Origin: Candidatus Woesebacteria bacterium | GTDB lineage: Bacteria; Patescibacteriota; Microgenomatia; UBA8517 | Assembly (NCBI GenBank): GCA_016432365.1 | Contig: CP066686.1 | Coordinates: 273,771 to 337,770, forward strand | DNA length: 64,000 bases | Direction: 5' to 3' | Shown here: piece by piece, positions 19,616 through 30,893 of the stretch | Position numbering within the stretch: position 1 is the stretch's first letter | Layout of the letters: each line of letters opens with the position of its first letter | Translations under genes and position numbers: made by a program | Notes under the pieces: model-generated | Seen by the model: the letters and a program-made list of their open reading frames with translations, nothing else | Database searches by the model: none | What the model was told of the DNA's origin: nothing

Positions 19616-22600
19616 ATGGAACAATTAGCCGATCTAAAAAATTTAGCAGATTTCAAGAGTCTATTAATAAGATTTGCGTCACCTGACGAAATCAGAGCCT
19701 GGTCCCGTGGAGAAATCACCAAACCTGAGACAATTAACTATAGAACCCTCAAACCAGAAAAGGACGGACTTTTTGACGAAAGAATTTTTGGTCCTACAAA
19801 AGATTGGGAGTGTTACTGTGGAAAGTATAAGAGAATCAGATATAAAGGTGTTATCTGCGACAAATGTGGAGTTGAAGTCACTCAAGCCAGAGTAAGGCGC
19901 GAAAGAATGGGGCACATCACATTAGCTTCCCCCGTTGCCCATGTCTGGTTTTTTAAAGGAGCACCAAGCAAAATTTCACTTCTTTTGGGAGTAGCGCCAC
20001 GCGGTGTTGAACAAGTAGTCTACTTTGCCAGATATTTAGTTACCGAAGTAGATGAGGCAAAACGAAAAGATGCAATTGCCAATATTGAAAAGGCTAAAGA
20101 CGCAAGACTAAGCGAAATTGTTGAAGATTTTAAATCAAGACACGACGCTTTAAAAATTGAAGAAAAAGAGGCTAAAGAAAAGATTGCAAACAAAATTAAA
20201 GATAAAGAACAAGCTTCCTTAGCGATTTCTGAAGTCGAACTTAATCTTCGCAAAAAAGAGGCTGCAATCAGCGAAGAGGAAAGAGGAACTGTCACAAAAA
20301 CAGAACAGCTCTTTAACGATCTTTCATCTGTTATAAAAGGGTTGAAGACCTTGAGTATTTTGAGCGAAGAAGAATATGATGAACTTTATGCCCACGACGC
20401 TTCCGAATTTTTCACCGCCAAGATGGGAGCGGACGCAGTTCTTTCCGCAATTGAAAAAATCAATTTGGAAGAAATAACAAAAACTCTTCGCGAAGAAATA
20501 AATCTAATCAAAAGCGGCAGTTCAAAATATGTAAAATTAGTTAAAAGACTCAAACTTGTTGAAGGACTAAGACGAGCTAAAGTTAATCCGTCATGGATGG
20601 TTCTTAAAGTTTTACCGGTTCTTCCTCCCGACCTTCGCCCCATGGTTCAACTTTCAGGTGGACGTTTTGCTACAAGTGATTTGAACGATCTTTATAGAAG
20701 GGTAATAAACAGAAACAATAGACTTAAACACTTAATTGGGCTTGGCGCTCCTGAAATTATCTTGAGAAACGAAAAAAGAATGCTTCAGGAAGCGGTCGAT
20801 TCGTTAATTGATGCATCTCAGAGGAAAGCCACCAGGAAATCTCGTGGTAGACAACCACTACGAAGTTTAAGCGACATGCTTCGTGGAAAACAAGGAAGAT
20901 TCAGACAAAATCTTTTGGGTAAGCGTGTTGATTATTCAGGCCGAAGTGTTGTTATTGTAGGCCCAGAACTTAAACTTACCCAGTGTGGACTTCCCAAAGA
21001 TATGGCTCTTGAGATGTTCAAACCTTTCGTTTTGCGTGAGATGATCGCAAGGGGAATTGCCCCCAACGTTAAAAGTGCTAAGAATATGCTTGATAGGCGT
21101 CCTCCCGAGGTTTTTGATATTTTGGAAGAGATTACTAAGAATCACCCGGTTCTTCTAAATCGTGCTCCTACGTTGCACAAACTTTCTATCCAGGCCTTTT
21201 ACCCGGTTCTTATTGAGGGAAGTGCTATAAGACTTCACCCCGCAGTCTGCGCAGGATTTAATGCTGACTTTGACGGAGACCAAATGGCTGTTCACGTTCC
21301 TTTGAGCGAAAAAGCAATCGAAGAGGCCAGGACTCTTATGCTTCCATCCAATAATCTTTTGCGCCCCTCAGATGGCTCTCCTGTAGCAACTCCTTCAAGC
21401 AAGGAAATTGCCTTGGGTGCTTACTATCTGACAAGTTTGGATGATAGGATTCCTGCACTTAATACGATTTTTGCTGACAAAGATGAAGCCATTTATGCCT
21501 ATCAGGCGGGAATAGTAGAAGTAAGACAGAAAATAACCGTCAGAATCGGTGATAAGATGGTTGAGACAACCGCAGGAAGACTTCTTGTCAACGAAGTTCT
21601 TCCCGAGAACTTTGAGTTCTTTAACGAAGCTGCGACTTCATCTGCAATAAAGAGCCTTTTTGTAAAAGCCTACGCAACAGTTTCTAAAGAACGTGTTGTA
21701 CAAATGGTTGACGATATTAAAGATTTGGGATTTTTCGGAGGAACAATTTCCGGAATTTCGTTCGGTATTTTTGATGCTAAGGTTTACCCCGGCAAGGCAA
21801 AGGTACTTGAGGCGGCTGACGCTCGAGTTTCTGAGATTGAAGATAATTTTGCCGGAGGCCTTATTACGGCAGAGGAAAAGCGACGTCTGACACAGGAAGT
21901 TTGGATAGAAACCTCAGAAGATTTGGCTGACAAAACATGGGCCCTTTTGGAACCCACAAACCCAATCCGTGTTGTAATTGACGCTAAAGTCGGACGTGCT
22001 TCCCGTGACCAAGTTAAACAGCTTGCGGCCATTAGAGGTTTGGTTGTCGATCCGCTCGGGAAAATTGTTGATCTTCCCATTAAGTCCAACTTCAGGGAAG
22101 GACTTTCCATTTTCGAATACGTAACATCATCCCGTGGATCCAGAAAAGGACTTACAGACACTGCCATTAAAACTGCAGATGCAGGATACCTTACAAGGCG
22201 TTTGGTTGATGTTGCCCACGATGTATTGGTCAGACTCGAAGACTGTGGAGCTAAAGATGGTTATACGATTATGAAAGATGTTCGTACACAAGCCTTTTAT
22301 GCTAGGATTTTGGGAAGAATTGCGGCTAAAGACGTATTAGGTAAAAATGGTAAAACAGTTTTGGCAGCCGCTGGAGATTTAATCGATGAAGAAAAGGCCA
22401 AGAAAATCGACGAAGACGGAGTATCTATGGTTGAGGTTAGATCAGCTCTTACTTGCAAGGCCAGATATGGAATTTGTCAGAAATGTTATGGTTGGGATCT
22501 TAGTACCAAAAAGATTGTCGATATAGGAATGCCTGTTGGAGTTGTCGCAGCCCAATCCATCGGAGAACCAGGAACTCAGCTTACACTTCGTACAAAGCAC

Positions 22601-23338
22601 GCAGCCGGAGTAGTCGGAGTCGATGTCACACAAGGACTTCCGAGGGTAGAAGAATTGGTTGAATCCCGCATTCCTAAGGTTGTTTCTGCTCTATCTGAAA
22701 TTAATGGAAAAGTTCGCGTCGGGGAGAGTGAAGAAGGTTGGAAAGTTACAATTACATCAAAAGGTACACCCAAAGAAGAAAAAGAATATATTATTCCCAA
22801 AACCCTACAGCTTGCGGTAGAAGATGGGCAGTTGATTGAGGCTGGTGCAGCGCTTGCCAAAGGACCATTGGACATTAAAGATATACTTTCCATAAGAGGA
22901 CTTAGGGCGGCTCAGGAATATTTAGTTCACGAAATTCAAAAAGTCTATGAGTCTCAGGGGATTCCTATAAACGACAAGCATTTTGAAGTCATTGTTAGAA
23001 AGATGAGTGACGAAGTCAGGGTCGTAACAACCGGAAACACACCATTCCTTCCGGGGGAACTTACAAGTCGGGCCTCATTTGAGGAAGAAAACGAGAAAGT
23101 CTTGGCTGCGGGTGGAGAGCCTTCAAGCGCTCAACAGGTAGTTTTGGGTATTACCCGCCGCGCGCTTTATACCGAAAGTTGGTTGTCAGCGGCATCTTTC
23201 GAGCAGACTACAGATGTTTTGACTGAGGCGGCACTTTTGGGACGCGAAGACAAATTGGTCGGGCTTAAGGAGAACGTTATAATCGGAAGATTGATTCCGG
23301 TAAGTATTGAAAGGGCGACGATGTCTGAAAATAACTAA
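19616..23338 (+). CDS. rpoC: DNA-directed RNA polymerase beta' subunit
   Basis: Zinc-binding CxxC...C motifs, NADFDGD catalytic motif. 1240 aa. Confidence 0.95.
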   Translation: MEQLADLKNLADFKSLLIRFASPDEIRAWSRGEITKPETINYRTLKPEKDGLFDERIFGPTKDWECYCGKYKRIRYKGVICDKCGVEVTQARVRRERMGHITLASPVAHVWFFKGAPSKISLLLGVAPRGVEQVVYFARYLVTEVDEAKRKDAIANIEKAKDARLSEIVEDFKSRHDALKIEEKEAKEKIANKIKDKEQASLAISEVELNLRKKEAAISEEERGTVTKTEQLFNDLSSVIKGLKTLSILSEEEYDELYAHDASEFFTAKMGADAVLSAIEKINLEEITKTLREEINLIKSGSSKYVKLVKRLKLVEGLRRAKVNPSWMVLKVLPVLPPDLRPMVQLSGGRFATSDLNDLYRRVINRNNRLKHLIGLGAPEIILRNEKRMLQEAVDSLIDASQRKATRKSRGRQPLRSLSDMLRGKQGRFRQNLLGKRVDYSGRSVVIVGPELKLTQCGLPKDMALEMFKPFVLREMIARGIAPNVKSAKNMLDRRPPEVFDILEEITKNHPVLLNRAPTLHKLSIQAFYPVLIEGSAIRLHPAVCAGFNADFDGDQMAVHVPLSEKAIEEARTLMLPSNNLLRPSDGSPVATPSSKEIALGAYYLTSLDDRIPALNTIFADKDEAIYAYQAGIVEVRQKITVRIGDKMVETTAGRLLVNEVLPENFEFFNEAATSSAIKSLFVKAYATVSKERVVQMVDDIKDLGFFGGTISGISFGIFDAKVYPGKAKVLEAADARVSEIEDNFAGGLITAEEKRRLTQEVWIETSEDLADKTWALLEPTNPIRVVIDAKVGRASRDQVKQLAAIRGLVVDPLGKIVDLPIKSNFREGLSIFEYVTSSRGSRKGLTDTAIKTADAGYLTRRLVDVAHDVLVRLEDCGAKDGYTIMKDVRTQAFYARILGRIAAKDVLGKNGKTVLAAAGDLIDEEKAKKIDEDGVSMVEVRSALTCKARYGICQKCYGWDLSTKKIVDIGMPVGVVAAQSIGEPGTQLTLRTKHAAGVVGVDVTQGLPRVEELVESRIPKVVSALSEINGKVRVGESEEGWKVTITSKGTPKEEKEYIIPKTLQLAVEDGQLIEAGAALAKGPLDIKDILSIRGLRAAQEYLVHEIQKVYESQGIPINDKHFEVIVRKMSDEVRVVTTGNTPFLPGELTSRASFEEENEKVLAAGGEPSSAQQVVLGITRRALYTESWLSAASFEQTTDVLTEAALLGREDKLVGLKENVIIGRLIPVSIERATMSENN

Positions 23339-23339
23339 T

Positions 23340-23786
23340 ATGCCGACGATTAATCAACTGACAAGGAAGGGAAGGAAAAGGAACATCAAGAAAGTTAAGA
23401 CGACTTCTTTAAAAAGATGGTTTAACGCAAAAGATAGAACTTTCAAAGAAACTCCGTCATCCTTTAAAAGAGGTGTTGTTTTGGCGGTTCGCACAATGAC
23501 TCCCAGAAAGCCGAACTCAGCTCTTCGAAAAGTAGCCAGAGTCCGCCTTTCCAATAAACAAGAGATTACGGCTTATATTCCAGGGGAAGGACATGAGCTT
23601 GCTGAGCATTCAATTGTTTTGGTTCGAGGAGGTCGTGTAAAAGATTTGGGTGGAGTAAAATATCATATAGTTCGTGGCAAGTTTGATACCACGGGGGTAT
23701 CGGGACGTCTTACAGGCAGAAGCAAGTATGGCGCCAAGAAAAGTGGACAGGTGAAAGCAGGAGCAAAACCTGCACCGGCAGCCTAA
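23340..23786 (+). CDS. rpsL: 30S ribosomal protein S12 (with about 20-aa internal insertion)
   Basis: MPTINQL..., PNSALRK and GGRVKDL motifs. Confidence 0.9.
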   Translation: MPTINQLTRKGRKRNIKKVKTTSLKRWFNAKDRTFKETPSSFKRGVVLAVRTMTPRKPNSALRKVARVRLSNKQEITAYIPGEGHELAEHSIVLVRGGRVKDLGGVKYHIVRGKFDTTGVSGRLTGRSKYGAKKSGQVKAGAKPAPAA

Positions 23787-23796
23787 TTAAAAAAGT

Positions 23797-24276
23797 ATGG
23801 CAAGAAAAGGACAAATCAAAATTAAAGTAGCAGACGTTGACCCGATTTACGGGAGTAGGCTCGTGACAAAATTAATAAACAGGAGTATGAAGGATGGTAA
23901 GAAATCCGTTTCCCGTAGAGAAGTTTACGAGGCGATGGAACTAATTAGAGAAAAAGCCGGTGAAGACCCCGTCATTATTTTTGACAGGGCAATGGAAAAC
24001 ATCAAGCCGACAATGGAAGTTCGTCCCCGCCGTGTTGGAGGTGCAGCTTACCAAGTACCTCAGCAAGTCCGCGGTCCCAGGCGCGAATCCCTTGGAATTA
24101 GATGGCTTGTTGCGGCGGCAAATTCTAAATCCAATACAGAATTCCATACCTATGCGGAAAAATTAGCATCAGAAATTATGGATGCAGCTAAAGGTGAGGG
24201 AGTTTCTGTTAAAAAGAGAACAGATGTAGAAAAAGTAGCAGAAGCAAACAAGGCATTTTCCCACTTTAGATGGTAA
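23797..24276 (+). CDS. rpsG: 30S ribosomal protein S7
   Basis: Typical S7 sequence ending ...AFSHFRW. Confidence 0.9.
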   Translation: MARKGQIKIKVADVDPIYGSRLVTKLINRSMKDGKKSVSRREVYEAMELIREKAGEDPVIIFDRAMENIKPTMEVRPRRVGGAAYQVPQQVRGPRRESLGIRWLVAAANSKSNTEFHTYAEKLASEIMDAAKGEGVSVKKRTDVEKVAEANKAFSHFRW

Positions 24277-24290
24277 TATAGACTATTTTT

Positions 24291-24812
24291 ATGCCTGAAC
24301 AACAGGAATTTGGACCTGACACATTCGAAGTTTATACAGAAAAAACTCTTCAAAAACTATCTTCGTTTAATTTTAAAGATTTAACCAGATATTTAAACAC
24401 AGATAAAATAGGATCGTATTCATTCAATATACCCACGGATAAGGCGGAGAATGAAAAGTTAACGGATTTTGTTACAACGGTTTTGGAATTATCGAGACTC
24501 GCAGGCATTAAGGAGAACGGTGTGGCTAGAAAAGACGTTGAAGACGTATTGGAAAAAGTTAAAAAAGGTGATTTTTTGTTACTGAAAAGTCACGCCTCAG
24601 AGGAAGGTGCTATTGTAGATGTCTGCCTCTCACTGGCAAGAGACAAAAAAACACCTCAAGGGAGAATCCCCCTTCCGTTTACAGGTGGAAACCTTGGTAT
24701 TTGGGTAAACGCTAACAAAAGCATTTCTTTTACAGGAAATAGACGTTATGATCATGCTGCGATCATGCTTACAAGTGTTTCAAAAAAAATGAATCTCAAG
24801 ATTTCTGATTGA
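24291..24812 (+). CDS. hypothetical protein inserted between rpsG and fusA
   Basis: Only long ORF in a 640-nt gap of the otherwise conserved str operon. Native-like composition, no motif. Confidence 0.5.
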   Translation: MPEQQEFGPDTFEVYTEKTLQKLSSFNFKDLTRYLNTDKIGSYSFNIPTDKAENEKLTDFVTTVLELSRLAGIKENGVARKDVEDVLEKVKKGDFLLLKSHASEEGAIVDVCLSLARDKKTPQGRIPLPFTGGNLGIWVNANKSISFTGNRRYDHAAIMLTSVSKKMNLKISD

Positions 24813-24915
24813 ATTGAGGTGTTTGTCCTGTTACAATCACACTTGCTCCTAATTGGAGCTTTTCTGTGTCTGGTGTTTTCTAATCACTATTCACTAATAA
24901 CTATTAACTATTTTT

Positions 24916-27084
24916 ATGGCTGAGGTTGCAAAGAAAAAAGCGGCGATAGTAACAACTGCGACAAAAGATCGCAATGTTTCCTATGAGAAAATCAGAAATA
25001 TCGGTATTATTGCCCATATCGATGCCGGTAAAACCACGACAACAGAAAGACTCCTATTCGAAACAGGCAGAACTTACAAACAAGGTTCGGTTGATGACGG
25101 TACAACAGTCACAGACTGGATGGCTCAGGAACGTGAGCGTGGAATCACTATTGTCTCTGCCGCAATTACCGCTTTTTGGGATCTCAAAACTGCCTCTTCC
25201 GTCGAAGCTGGTCATTATCGTATCAATTTAATTGATACACCCGGCCACATTGATTTTACCGCAGAAGTTGAACGATCTCTCCGTGTTTTGGACGGCGCTC
25301 TTATGGTCTTTGACGGTAGAACAGGGGTCGAATCTCAATCCGAAACAGTTTGGAGACAAGCTGACAAATACAACGTACCCAGAATTTGTGTTTTAAATAA
25401 ATTGAATTTGATCGGGGCGGACTTTGAGGCTTCAATAAAATCTATCAGGGAAAGACTTAAGGCCAATGCTTCTCCCGTAACCATTCCAATAGGGCAGGAA
25501 CATGAACATAGAGGTGTAGTAAACCTGATTTCGATGAAGGCCCTTACTTATAAGGCGGTTGAGGATCACGCACTAACCGAAGAAGAAATTCCGGCGGAAC
25601 TATTGGATATGGCTAAAAAATATAGGGGTGAGCTCATAGAAAAAGTTTCTGAATTTGACGACGAGGCTTTGAATCTGTTCTTGGAAGGCAAAGAACCTGA
25701 TGAGAATATTCTCAAAAGAGCCATCAGAAAAGGTGTAATTTCCGGAAAGTTCTTCCCGGTTTTTGGAGGGGACAATAGGACCGCCGAGAGCCAACTTCTA
25801 CTTAATGGTGTAGTTGAATATCTTCCTTCTCCAATCGACCTTCCGCCCGTTGCCGGAACAAACCCCAAAACAGGTGAAGAAGAAAAGAGAGAAAGAAGAA
25901 ACGAAGCTCCGATGAGCGCTTTGGCATTCAAAGTTATGACCGACCCACACGTGGGTCGCCTTGTCTACATGAGGGTTTATTCAGGTTCAATCAAGTCGGG
26001 ACAGGAGGTTTACAATTCCACAAAACAGAAATACGAGAGAATTGGTAAGTTGGTTCTACTTCACGCCGATCAACGTGAGCTTATTGAAGAAGCGTTTGCA
26101 GGAGAAATTGTGGCTGTGGTAGGTGTGAAAGAAACCTCTACTGGGGACACGGTTTGTGATTCAGCCCATCCAATAGTACTTGAGTCAATTAGCTTTCCCG
26201 AGCCTGTTATTTCGTTGGCAATTGAGCCTGCTACCAAGAGCGACCAGGAAAAGATGGGCAATGCCCTAAGTAAACTTTCGGACGAAGATCCAACATTCAG
26301 AATTAAATCGAATCCCGAAACCGGACAAACCATTATTTCAGGAATGGGAGAGTTGCAGCTGGAAGTGCTTGTAGACCGTATGAAGCGCGAATTTAACGTT
26401 GTTGCAACCACGGGTGCACCTCAGGTGGCGTATAAAGAAACAATCAAGAAAATAGGCGAGGGTGAAGGTAAATATATCAGGCAAACCGGAGGCCGTGGAC
26501 AATACGGACACTGTTTACTTAGACTTGAGCCTCTTGGCCGCGGGGAAGGATTTGAATTTAAGAGTGAAATAAAAGGAGGCGCAATTCCATTGGAATATAT
26601 AGGCCCGATCGAAAAAGGTGTCAAAGAAAAGATGGAAAATGGAGTTATGGCAGGTTTCCCCATGGTGGACATGAGGGTAGTAGTATTTGACGGAAGTTTC
26701 CACGACGTAGATTCTTCAGAAATGTCGTTTAAGATTGCGGGTTCAATGGCCTTGGAAGACGCTTTTAAGCATTCTGATCCCGCTCTTCTTGAGCCTATCA
26801 TGAAAATTGAAGTCTTTACCCCGGGAGAATATATGGGAGACGTTATAGGAGATCTTTCGTCAAAACGTGCTCAAATATCAGGAAGCGAAGAAAAGGCGGG
26901 CGAAACTGTAATTTACGGTGTTGTTCCTCTTTCGGAGCTTTCCGGTTATGCCACGAAACTAAGGTCCCTTACCCAAGGCCGTGCCAGGGCTTATGTTGAG
27001 CCTTCCCACTACGACGAAGTCCCAAGTCACATTACAGCTCAGATTGTAGCTAAAGCAGGCAAGGTGGTAATGGCAAGAGGGTAA
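24916..27084 (+). CDS. fusA: elongation factor G
   Basis: G-domain AHIDAGKTT, DTPGHIDF, NKLD. Confidence 0.95.
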   Translation: MAEVAKKKAAIVTTATKDRNVSYEKIRNIGIIAHIDAGKTTTTERLLFETGRTYKQGSVDDGTTVTDWMAQERERGITIVSAAITAFWDLKTASSVEAGHYRINLIDTPGHIDFTAEVERSLRVLDGALMVFDGRTGVESQSETVWRQADKYNVPRICVLNKLNLIGADFEASIKSIRERLKANASPVTIPIGQEHEHRGVVNLISMKALTYKAVEDHALTEEEIPAELLDMAKKYRGELIEKVSEFDDEALNLFLEGKEPDENILKRAIRKGVISGKFFPVFGGDNRTAESQLLLNGVVEYLPSPIDLPPVAGTNPKTGEEEKRERRNEAPMSALAFKVMTDPHVGRLVYMRVYSGSIKSGQEVYNSTKQKYERIGKLVLLHADQRELIEEAFAGEIVAVVGVKETSTGDTVCDSAHPIVLESISFPEPVISLAIEPATKSDQEKMGNALSKLSDEDPTFRIKSNPETGQTIISGMGELQLEVLVDRMKREFNVVATTGAPQVAYKETIKKIGEGEGKYIRQTGGRGQYGHCLLRLEPLGRGEGFEFKSEIKGGAIPLEYIGPIEKGVKEKMENGVMAGFPMVDMRVVVFDGSFHDVDSSEMSFKIAGSMALEDAFKHSDPALLEPIMKIEVFTPGEYMGDVIGDLSSKRAQISGSEEKAGETVIYGVVPLSELSGYATKLRSLTQGRARAYVEPSHYDEVPSHITAQIVAKAGKVVMARG

Positions 27085-27193
27085 AGTGTATTTGGGTGTT
27101 GACACCCCTATTTAGCCTCGGATATAATTCAACCTAACGAGCGTTAATTCGCTCTTGTTTCTTGAAAAAGGAACTTATATAATAAGCACTTGA

Positions 27194-28384
27194 ATGGCAG
27201 ACGCAAAACAACATTACGACAGAAGTAAACCACATGTAAATATTGGTACCATTGGTCATGTTGACCACGGTAAAACCACACTTACCTCAGCCATTACCAT
27301 GGTTCTTGCCAAGCAAGGTTTAGCCAAGGCTAAGAAATATGAAGATATTGATTCAGCTCCCGAGGAAAGAGAGCGTGGAGTCACTATCAATCTTTCTCAT
27401 CAGGAATACGAAACAGCAAAAAGGCACTATGCCCACATCGATGCTCCAGGCCATGCTGACTATATTAAGAACATGATTACCGGTGCTGCTCAAATGGACG
27501 GTGCTATTTTGGTAGTCTCAGCAGCGGACGGTCCTATGCCTCAGACAAGAGAGCATGTAATTTTGGCCAGACAGGTTAATGTTCCTGCACTTGTAGTATT
27601 CCTTAACAAGTGCGATACGGTCGATGATCCTGAAATCATTGATTTGGTTGAAGCAGATGTGCGTGAACTCCTTAAGAAATATGAATATCCAGGAGATGAG
27701 GTCCCTGTAATTCGTGGAAGCGCTCTTAAGGCTACAGAGGGTGACGCTGAAGCAGAAAAGAAGATTGTCGAACTTATGGATGCGGTTGATAACTATATTC
27801 CTGATCCTGTTCGTCAGACCGACAAGCCTTTTCTTATGCCTGTCGAGGACGTATTTACGATCTCTGGACGTGGAACAGTTGTTACAGGACGTGTTGAGCG
27901 CGGAATTATTAAAGTTAACGAGGAAATCGAAATAGTTGGGCTCAAAGATACTCAAAAATCGGTTGTAACAGGTCTTGAAATGTTCAGAAAGACACTTGAT
28001 GATGCCCAAGCCGGAGACAATGTTGGAATACTTCTTCGCGGAGTTGAAAAAGATCAGGTCGAGCGCGGTCAGGTTCTTGCAAAATCAGGGAGTGTTACAC
28101 CTCACACCGAATTTGATGCAGAAGTTTACATTCTTTCCAAAGAAGAGGGTGGACGCCATACACCATTCTTTACAGGCTACAAACCTCAGTTCTACATTCG
28201 TACAGCGGATGTTACGGGTGAGGCCACTCTTCCGGAAGGAATCGAAATGGTTATGCCTGGAGATAACGCCAAAATGCACGTCAAACTTATACAGCCGGTA
28301 GCCTTGGAAGATGGTCTTAGATTCGCAATTCGTGAAGGTGGCCACACAGTTGGTGCCGGAGTTATAACAAAAGTAACAGTTTAG
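27194..28384 (+). CDS. tuf: elongation factor Tu
   Basis: [22 protein letters not shown]. Confidence 0.95.
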   Translation: MADAKQHYDRSKPHVNIGTIGHVDHGKTTLTSAITMVLAKQGLAKAKKYEDIDSAPEERERGVTINLSHQEYETAKRHYAHIDAPGHADYIKNMITGAAQMDGAILVVSAADGPMPQTREHVILARQVNVPALVVFLNKCDTVDDPEIIDLVEADVRELLKKYEYPGDEVPVIRGSALKATEGDAEAEKKIVELMDAVDNYIPDPVRQTDKPFLMPVEDVFTISGRGTVVTGRVERGIIKVNEEIEIVGLKDTQKSVVTGLEMFRKTLDDAQAGDNVGILLRGVEKDQVERGQVLAKSGSVTPHTEFDAEVYILSKEEGGRHTPFFTGYKPQFYIRTADVTGEATLPEGIEMVMPGDNAKMHVKLIQPVALEDGLRFAIREGGHTVGAGVITKVTV

Positions 28385-28400
28385 TTTGTAGCACATTCGT

Positions 28401-28709
28401 ATGGCAACAGGAAGACTAAGGGTAAAACTCAAAAGTTATGACCACAGGGTCTTAGATGAGGCGGCTTCAAAGATAATTGATACCGCTTTAGCTACTGGTG
28501 CCAAAATTGTAGGTCCAATTCCTCTCCCCACAGACCGCTCCATGATGGCCATTAAAGAGTCTCCTTTTACTGATAAAGATGCTCAAGAGCACTATGAAGT
28601 TTTAACCCACAAACGATTAATCGATATAATTGACCCATCCCCGCGTACGGTTGATTCCCTAGGGAATCTGGATCTCCCTGCAGGCGTAAGTATCGAAATC
28701 AAAATGTAA
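28401..28709 (+). CDS. rpsJ: 30S ribosomal protein S10
   Basis: Typical S10 ([10 protein letters not shown]..). Confidence 0.9.
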   Translation: MATGRLRVKLKSYDHRVLDEAASKIIDTALATGAKIVGPIPLPTDRSMMAIKESPFTDKDAQEHYEVLTHKRLIDIIDPSPRTVDSLGNLDLPAGVSIEIKM

Positions 28710-28720
28710 GCCCCATAGTC

Positions 28721-28749
28721 TTGACTCTTGGCCTCATTTGTGTTATCAT
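28721..28749 (+). promoter_or_regulatory. promoter TTGACT-17-TATCAT of inserted mini-gene
   Basis: Seen directly. Precedes an SD-ATG at 28795. Confidence 0.4.
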
Positions 28750-28794
28750 TCCCCAACTTACATTCTGTAAGAATCTTGCACTTTGGAGGCATAA

Positions 28795-29094
28795 ATGATT
28801 TCTGTTAAACCTATCAACAATGCGCAATCGTTGGAAGTTAGGAAAAAGAAGTTCGGTCTGGAAATTGAATTGACTGCCATTTTTGGTCTCGGTATCACGA
28901 CCAAGGCGAAAATTTCCACGAGAGATTTGAAAGCCAGCCTTGAACAGCCGATTGGCGAACATCGTGATTTCGACGGATCTCTAAGGCGAGTGGTTCGGAC
29001 CGGTTTCAATCACACCCATCTTTTTTTCAAACCGAACAGCAATAACGACCTAGTTGTGGTCGAAACATCGGATCTACTGATCGCAATAAGTTAA
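28795..29094 (+). CDS. hypothetical 99-aa protein (autonomous inserted gene)
   Basis: GGAGG SD 7 nt upstream of the ATG, with its own promoter and intrinsic terminator. Locally about 48% GC. Confidence 0.55.
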   Translation: MISVKPINNAQSLEVRKKKFGLEIELTAIFGLGITTKAKISTRDLKASLEQPIGEHRDFDGSLRRVVRTGFNHTHLFFKPNSNNDLVVVETSDLLIAIS

Positions 29095-29117
29095 GCATCA
29101 TTGAAATACAAGTCAGT

Positions 29118-29158
29118 AGCCCTGAACAATCAGCAATACGTTCAGGGCTATTTTTTTG
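29118..29158 (+). terminator. Rho-independent terminator (10-bp stem AGCCCTGAAC/GTTCAGGGCT plus T7)
   Basis: Perfect inverted repeat followed by ATTTTTTTG. Confidence 0.65.
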
Positions 29159-29199
29159 TCCTTCGACTTCGCTCAGGATCTTCGAGTCATCGAGCCTGA

Positions 29200-29228
29200 T
29201 TGACGTTCGTCTCAGGATGATATATAAT
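29200..29228 (+). promoter_or_regulatory. promoter TTGACG-17-TATAAT for rplC and downstream S10-operon genes, followed by a roughly 160-nt structured leader
   Basis: Seen directly. The leader contains GCGCC-TTCGG-AGGCGC tetraloop hairpins. Confidence 0.45.
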
Positions 29229-29394
29229 TCCCCTCATGACATCCTCATCGGATGAATAGATAGTCTTCGTAAGATGCCTTCGGGCGCCTTCGGAGGCGCT
29301 CGTTTAATGACGGTTGGAATCACCAGCTGGTTTCAGAACATATGATAAGTGAACTTCGCTTTAAGCGTAAGCCCGCCTTGTCATTCGCAGACTC

Positions 29395-30189
29395 ATGATT
29401 AATACAATTTTAGGTTCAAAAGGAGTAAATTCTCAAACCTTTATACAAGGGTTCAGAATTCCCGTTACAAAGGTAACAGCGGGTCCTTGTGTCGTGACTC
29501 AAATTAAAAAAACCGATAAGGACGGCTATTGGGCAATTCAACTCGGCTTTTCAGCCAAATCCGGCAAAAATACTTCAAAATCACTTCAAGGTCACCTCAA
29601 AGAAAGTCAAAAGTCAGAAGTCAAAAGTCAAAATTTTCCAAGATATCTCAGAGAAGTTAGAGTAGACAGCGAGCCGGAATATAAAGTCGGGGACACAGTA
29701 AACGCCTCCGACATTTTTCATCCCGGGGATATTGTTTCCGTCATGGGTGTAAGTAAAGGCAAAGGCTTTGCTGGAGTAGTTAAGAGGCATGGTTTCCGCG
29801 GTGGCCCAAGAACTCACGGTCAATCTGATCGCGAACGCGCTCCCGGATCAATCGGTCAAACTACAACTCCGGGAAGAGTTTACAGGGGTAAAAGAATGGC
29901 GGGGAGAATGGGGGGAGAGCAAGTAACAGTAGAAAATCTTCATATAATTAGTATAAATGCAGAAAAAAACGAGCTGGAAGTTTCAGGACAAATTCCGGGA
30001 ACAGTTGGCTCTCTGGTTACAATAAACAAGATCAAATCAGGAAGCCTTAAAGAACTTGAACACGAAGTAGTGGCGCAAATGGTAGAGGGTGAAGGAGCAG
30101 CGGAAGAATCAAAAACAGGAGATGATAAGGCCGAATCCGCCCCAGCCCAGCCGACAGCTTCGGCACCCGAAGGAGGAGCTAAAGAATAA
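29395..30189 (+). CDS. rplC: 50S ribosomal protein L3
   Basis: Typical L3 blocks. Contains a KESQKSEVKSQNF insertion and an acidic C-terminal tail. Confidence 0.9.
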   Translation: MINTILGSKGVNSQTFIQGFRIPVTKVTAGPCVVTQIKKTDKDGYWAIQLGFSAKSGKNTSKSLQGHLKESQKSEVKSQNFPRYLREVRVDSEPEYKVGDTVNASDIFHPGDIVSVMGVSKGKGFAGVVKRHGFRGGPRTHGQSDRERAPGSIGQTTTPGRVYRGKRMAGRMGGEQVTVENLHIISINAEKNELEVSGQIPGTVGSLVTINKIKSGSLKELEHEVVAQMVEGEGAAEESKTGDDKAESAPAQPTASAPEGGAKE

Positions 30190-30191
30190 AT

Positions 30192-30890
30192 ATGGCAAAA
30201 ATAGATCTATACACAATAAAAGGGGTTAAAAGCGGGGATATGGTTCTTCCCAAGTCTTTTGATGAAGAAATAAATATGAATACGCTTGCCCAGGCTCTAA
30301 GAATTTATGAAGAAAATGCTCATCCGGGGCTTAGGAATACCAAAACAAGATCTGAGGTCAATAGAACAACCAAAAAAGTTTATAAACAAAAAGGAACGGG
30401 TGGCGCGCGCCATGGTTCACGCCGTGCCAACTTATTTGTCGGTGGTGGAATCATTTTCGGACCGCGTCCTGAGCGTCGCATTTTGAACATTTCGGATAAG
30501 CTAAAAATTAAAGCAAAATTAATGGCCTTTGCATATAAATTGGACAAAAAGGAAATTGTTGCAGTAACCGGCATTTCTAAAATCACAAAAACAAAAGAGC
30601 CCGCAGGGCTTTTGAATAAGTTGGGGGCGGAGATAAAGGCAAAAAGATTTACTTTTGTTCTTTCGGAGGGAGCAGTGGCAGTAAACAAGTTTTTAAGGAA
30701 TCTGAAGGATGCGAACTTTGTTTTGTATAAAGATGTCAACGCTCTAGACATCTATTACGGTGGGACAATAATTATGGACGACGGAATTTTTGGGAATGAA
30801 CAAAAGGAAGTCAAAAGTCAAAATTCGAAGGTCAAAAATGCAAATAAAAAGGAAAAAGTAACGAAAGTTAAAAAAACTGAGAAAAAATAA
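30192..30890 (+). CDS. rplD: 50S ribosomal protein L4
   Basis: Typical L4 with a Lys-rich C-terminal extension. Confidence 0.9.
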   Translation: MAKIDLYTIKGVKSGDMVLPKSFDEEINMNTLAQALRIYEENAHPGLRNTKTRSEVNRTTKKVYKQKGTGGARHGSRRANLFVGGGIIFGPRPERRILNISDKLKIKAKLMAFAYKLDKKEIVAVTGISKITKTKEPAGLLNKLGAEIKAKRFTFVLSEGAVAVNKFLRNLKDANFVLYKDVNALDIYYGGTIIMDDGIFGNEQKEVKSQNSKVKNANKKEKVTKVKKTEKK

Positions 30891-30893
30891 GCC

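Noticed and set aside
17158-22893. Numerous antisense or alternate-frame ORFs inside rpoB and rpoC (for example 17158-17565 -, 18593-18952 -, 21784-22167 -)
   Set aside because: Embedded in highly conserved coding sequence on the other strand or frame. Low-complexity translations.
28699-29009. Minus-strand ORFs 28699-28962 and 28758-29009 overlapping the 99-aa gene
   Set aside because: Promoter, SD and terminator T-run all point to the plus-strand ORF. The minus ORFs lack any signals.
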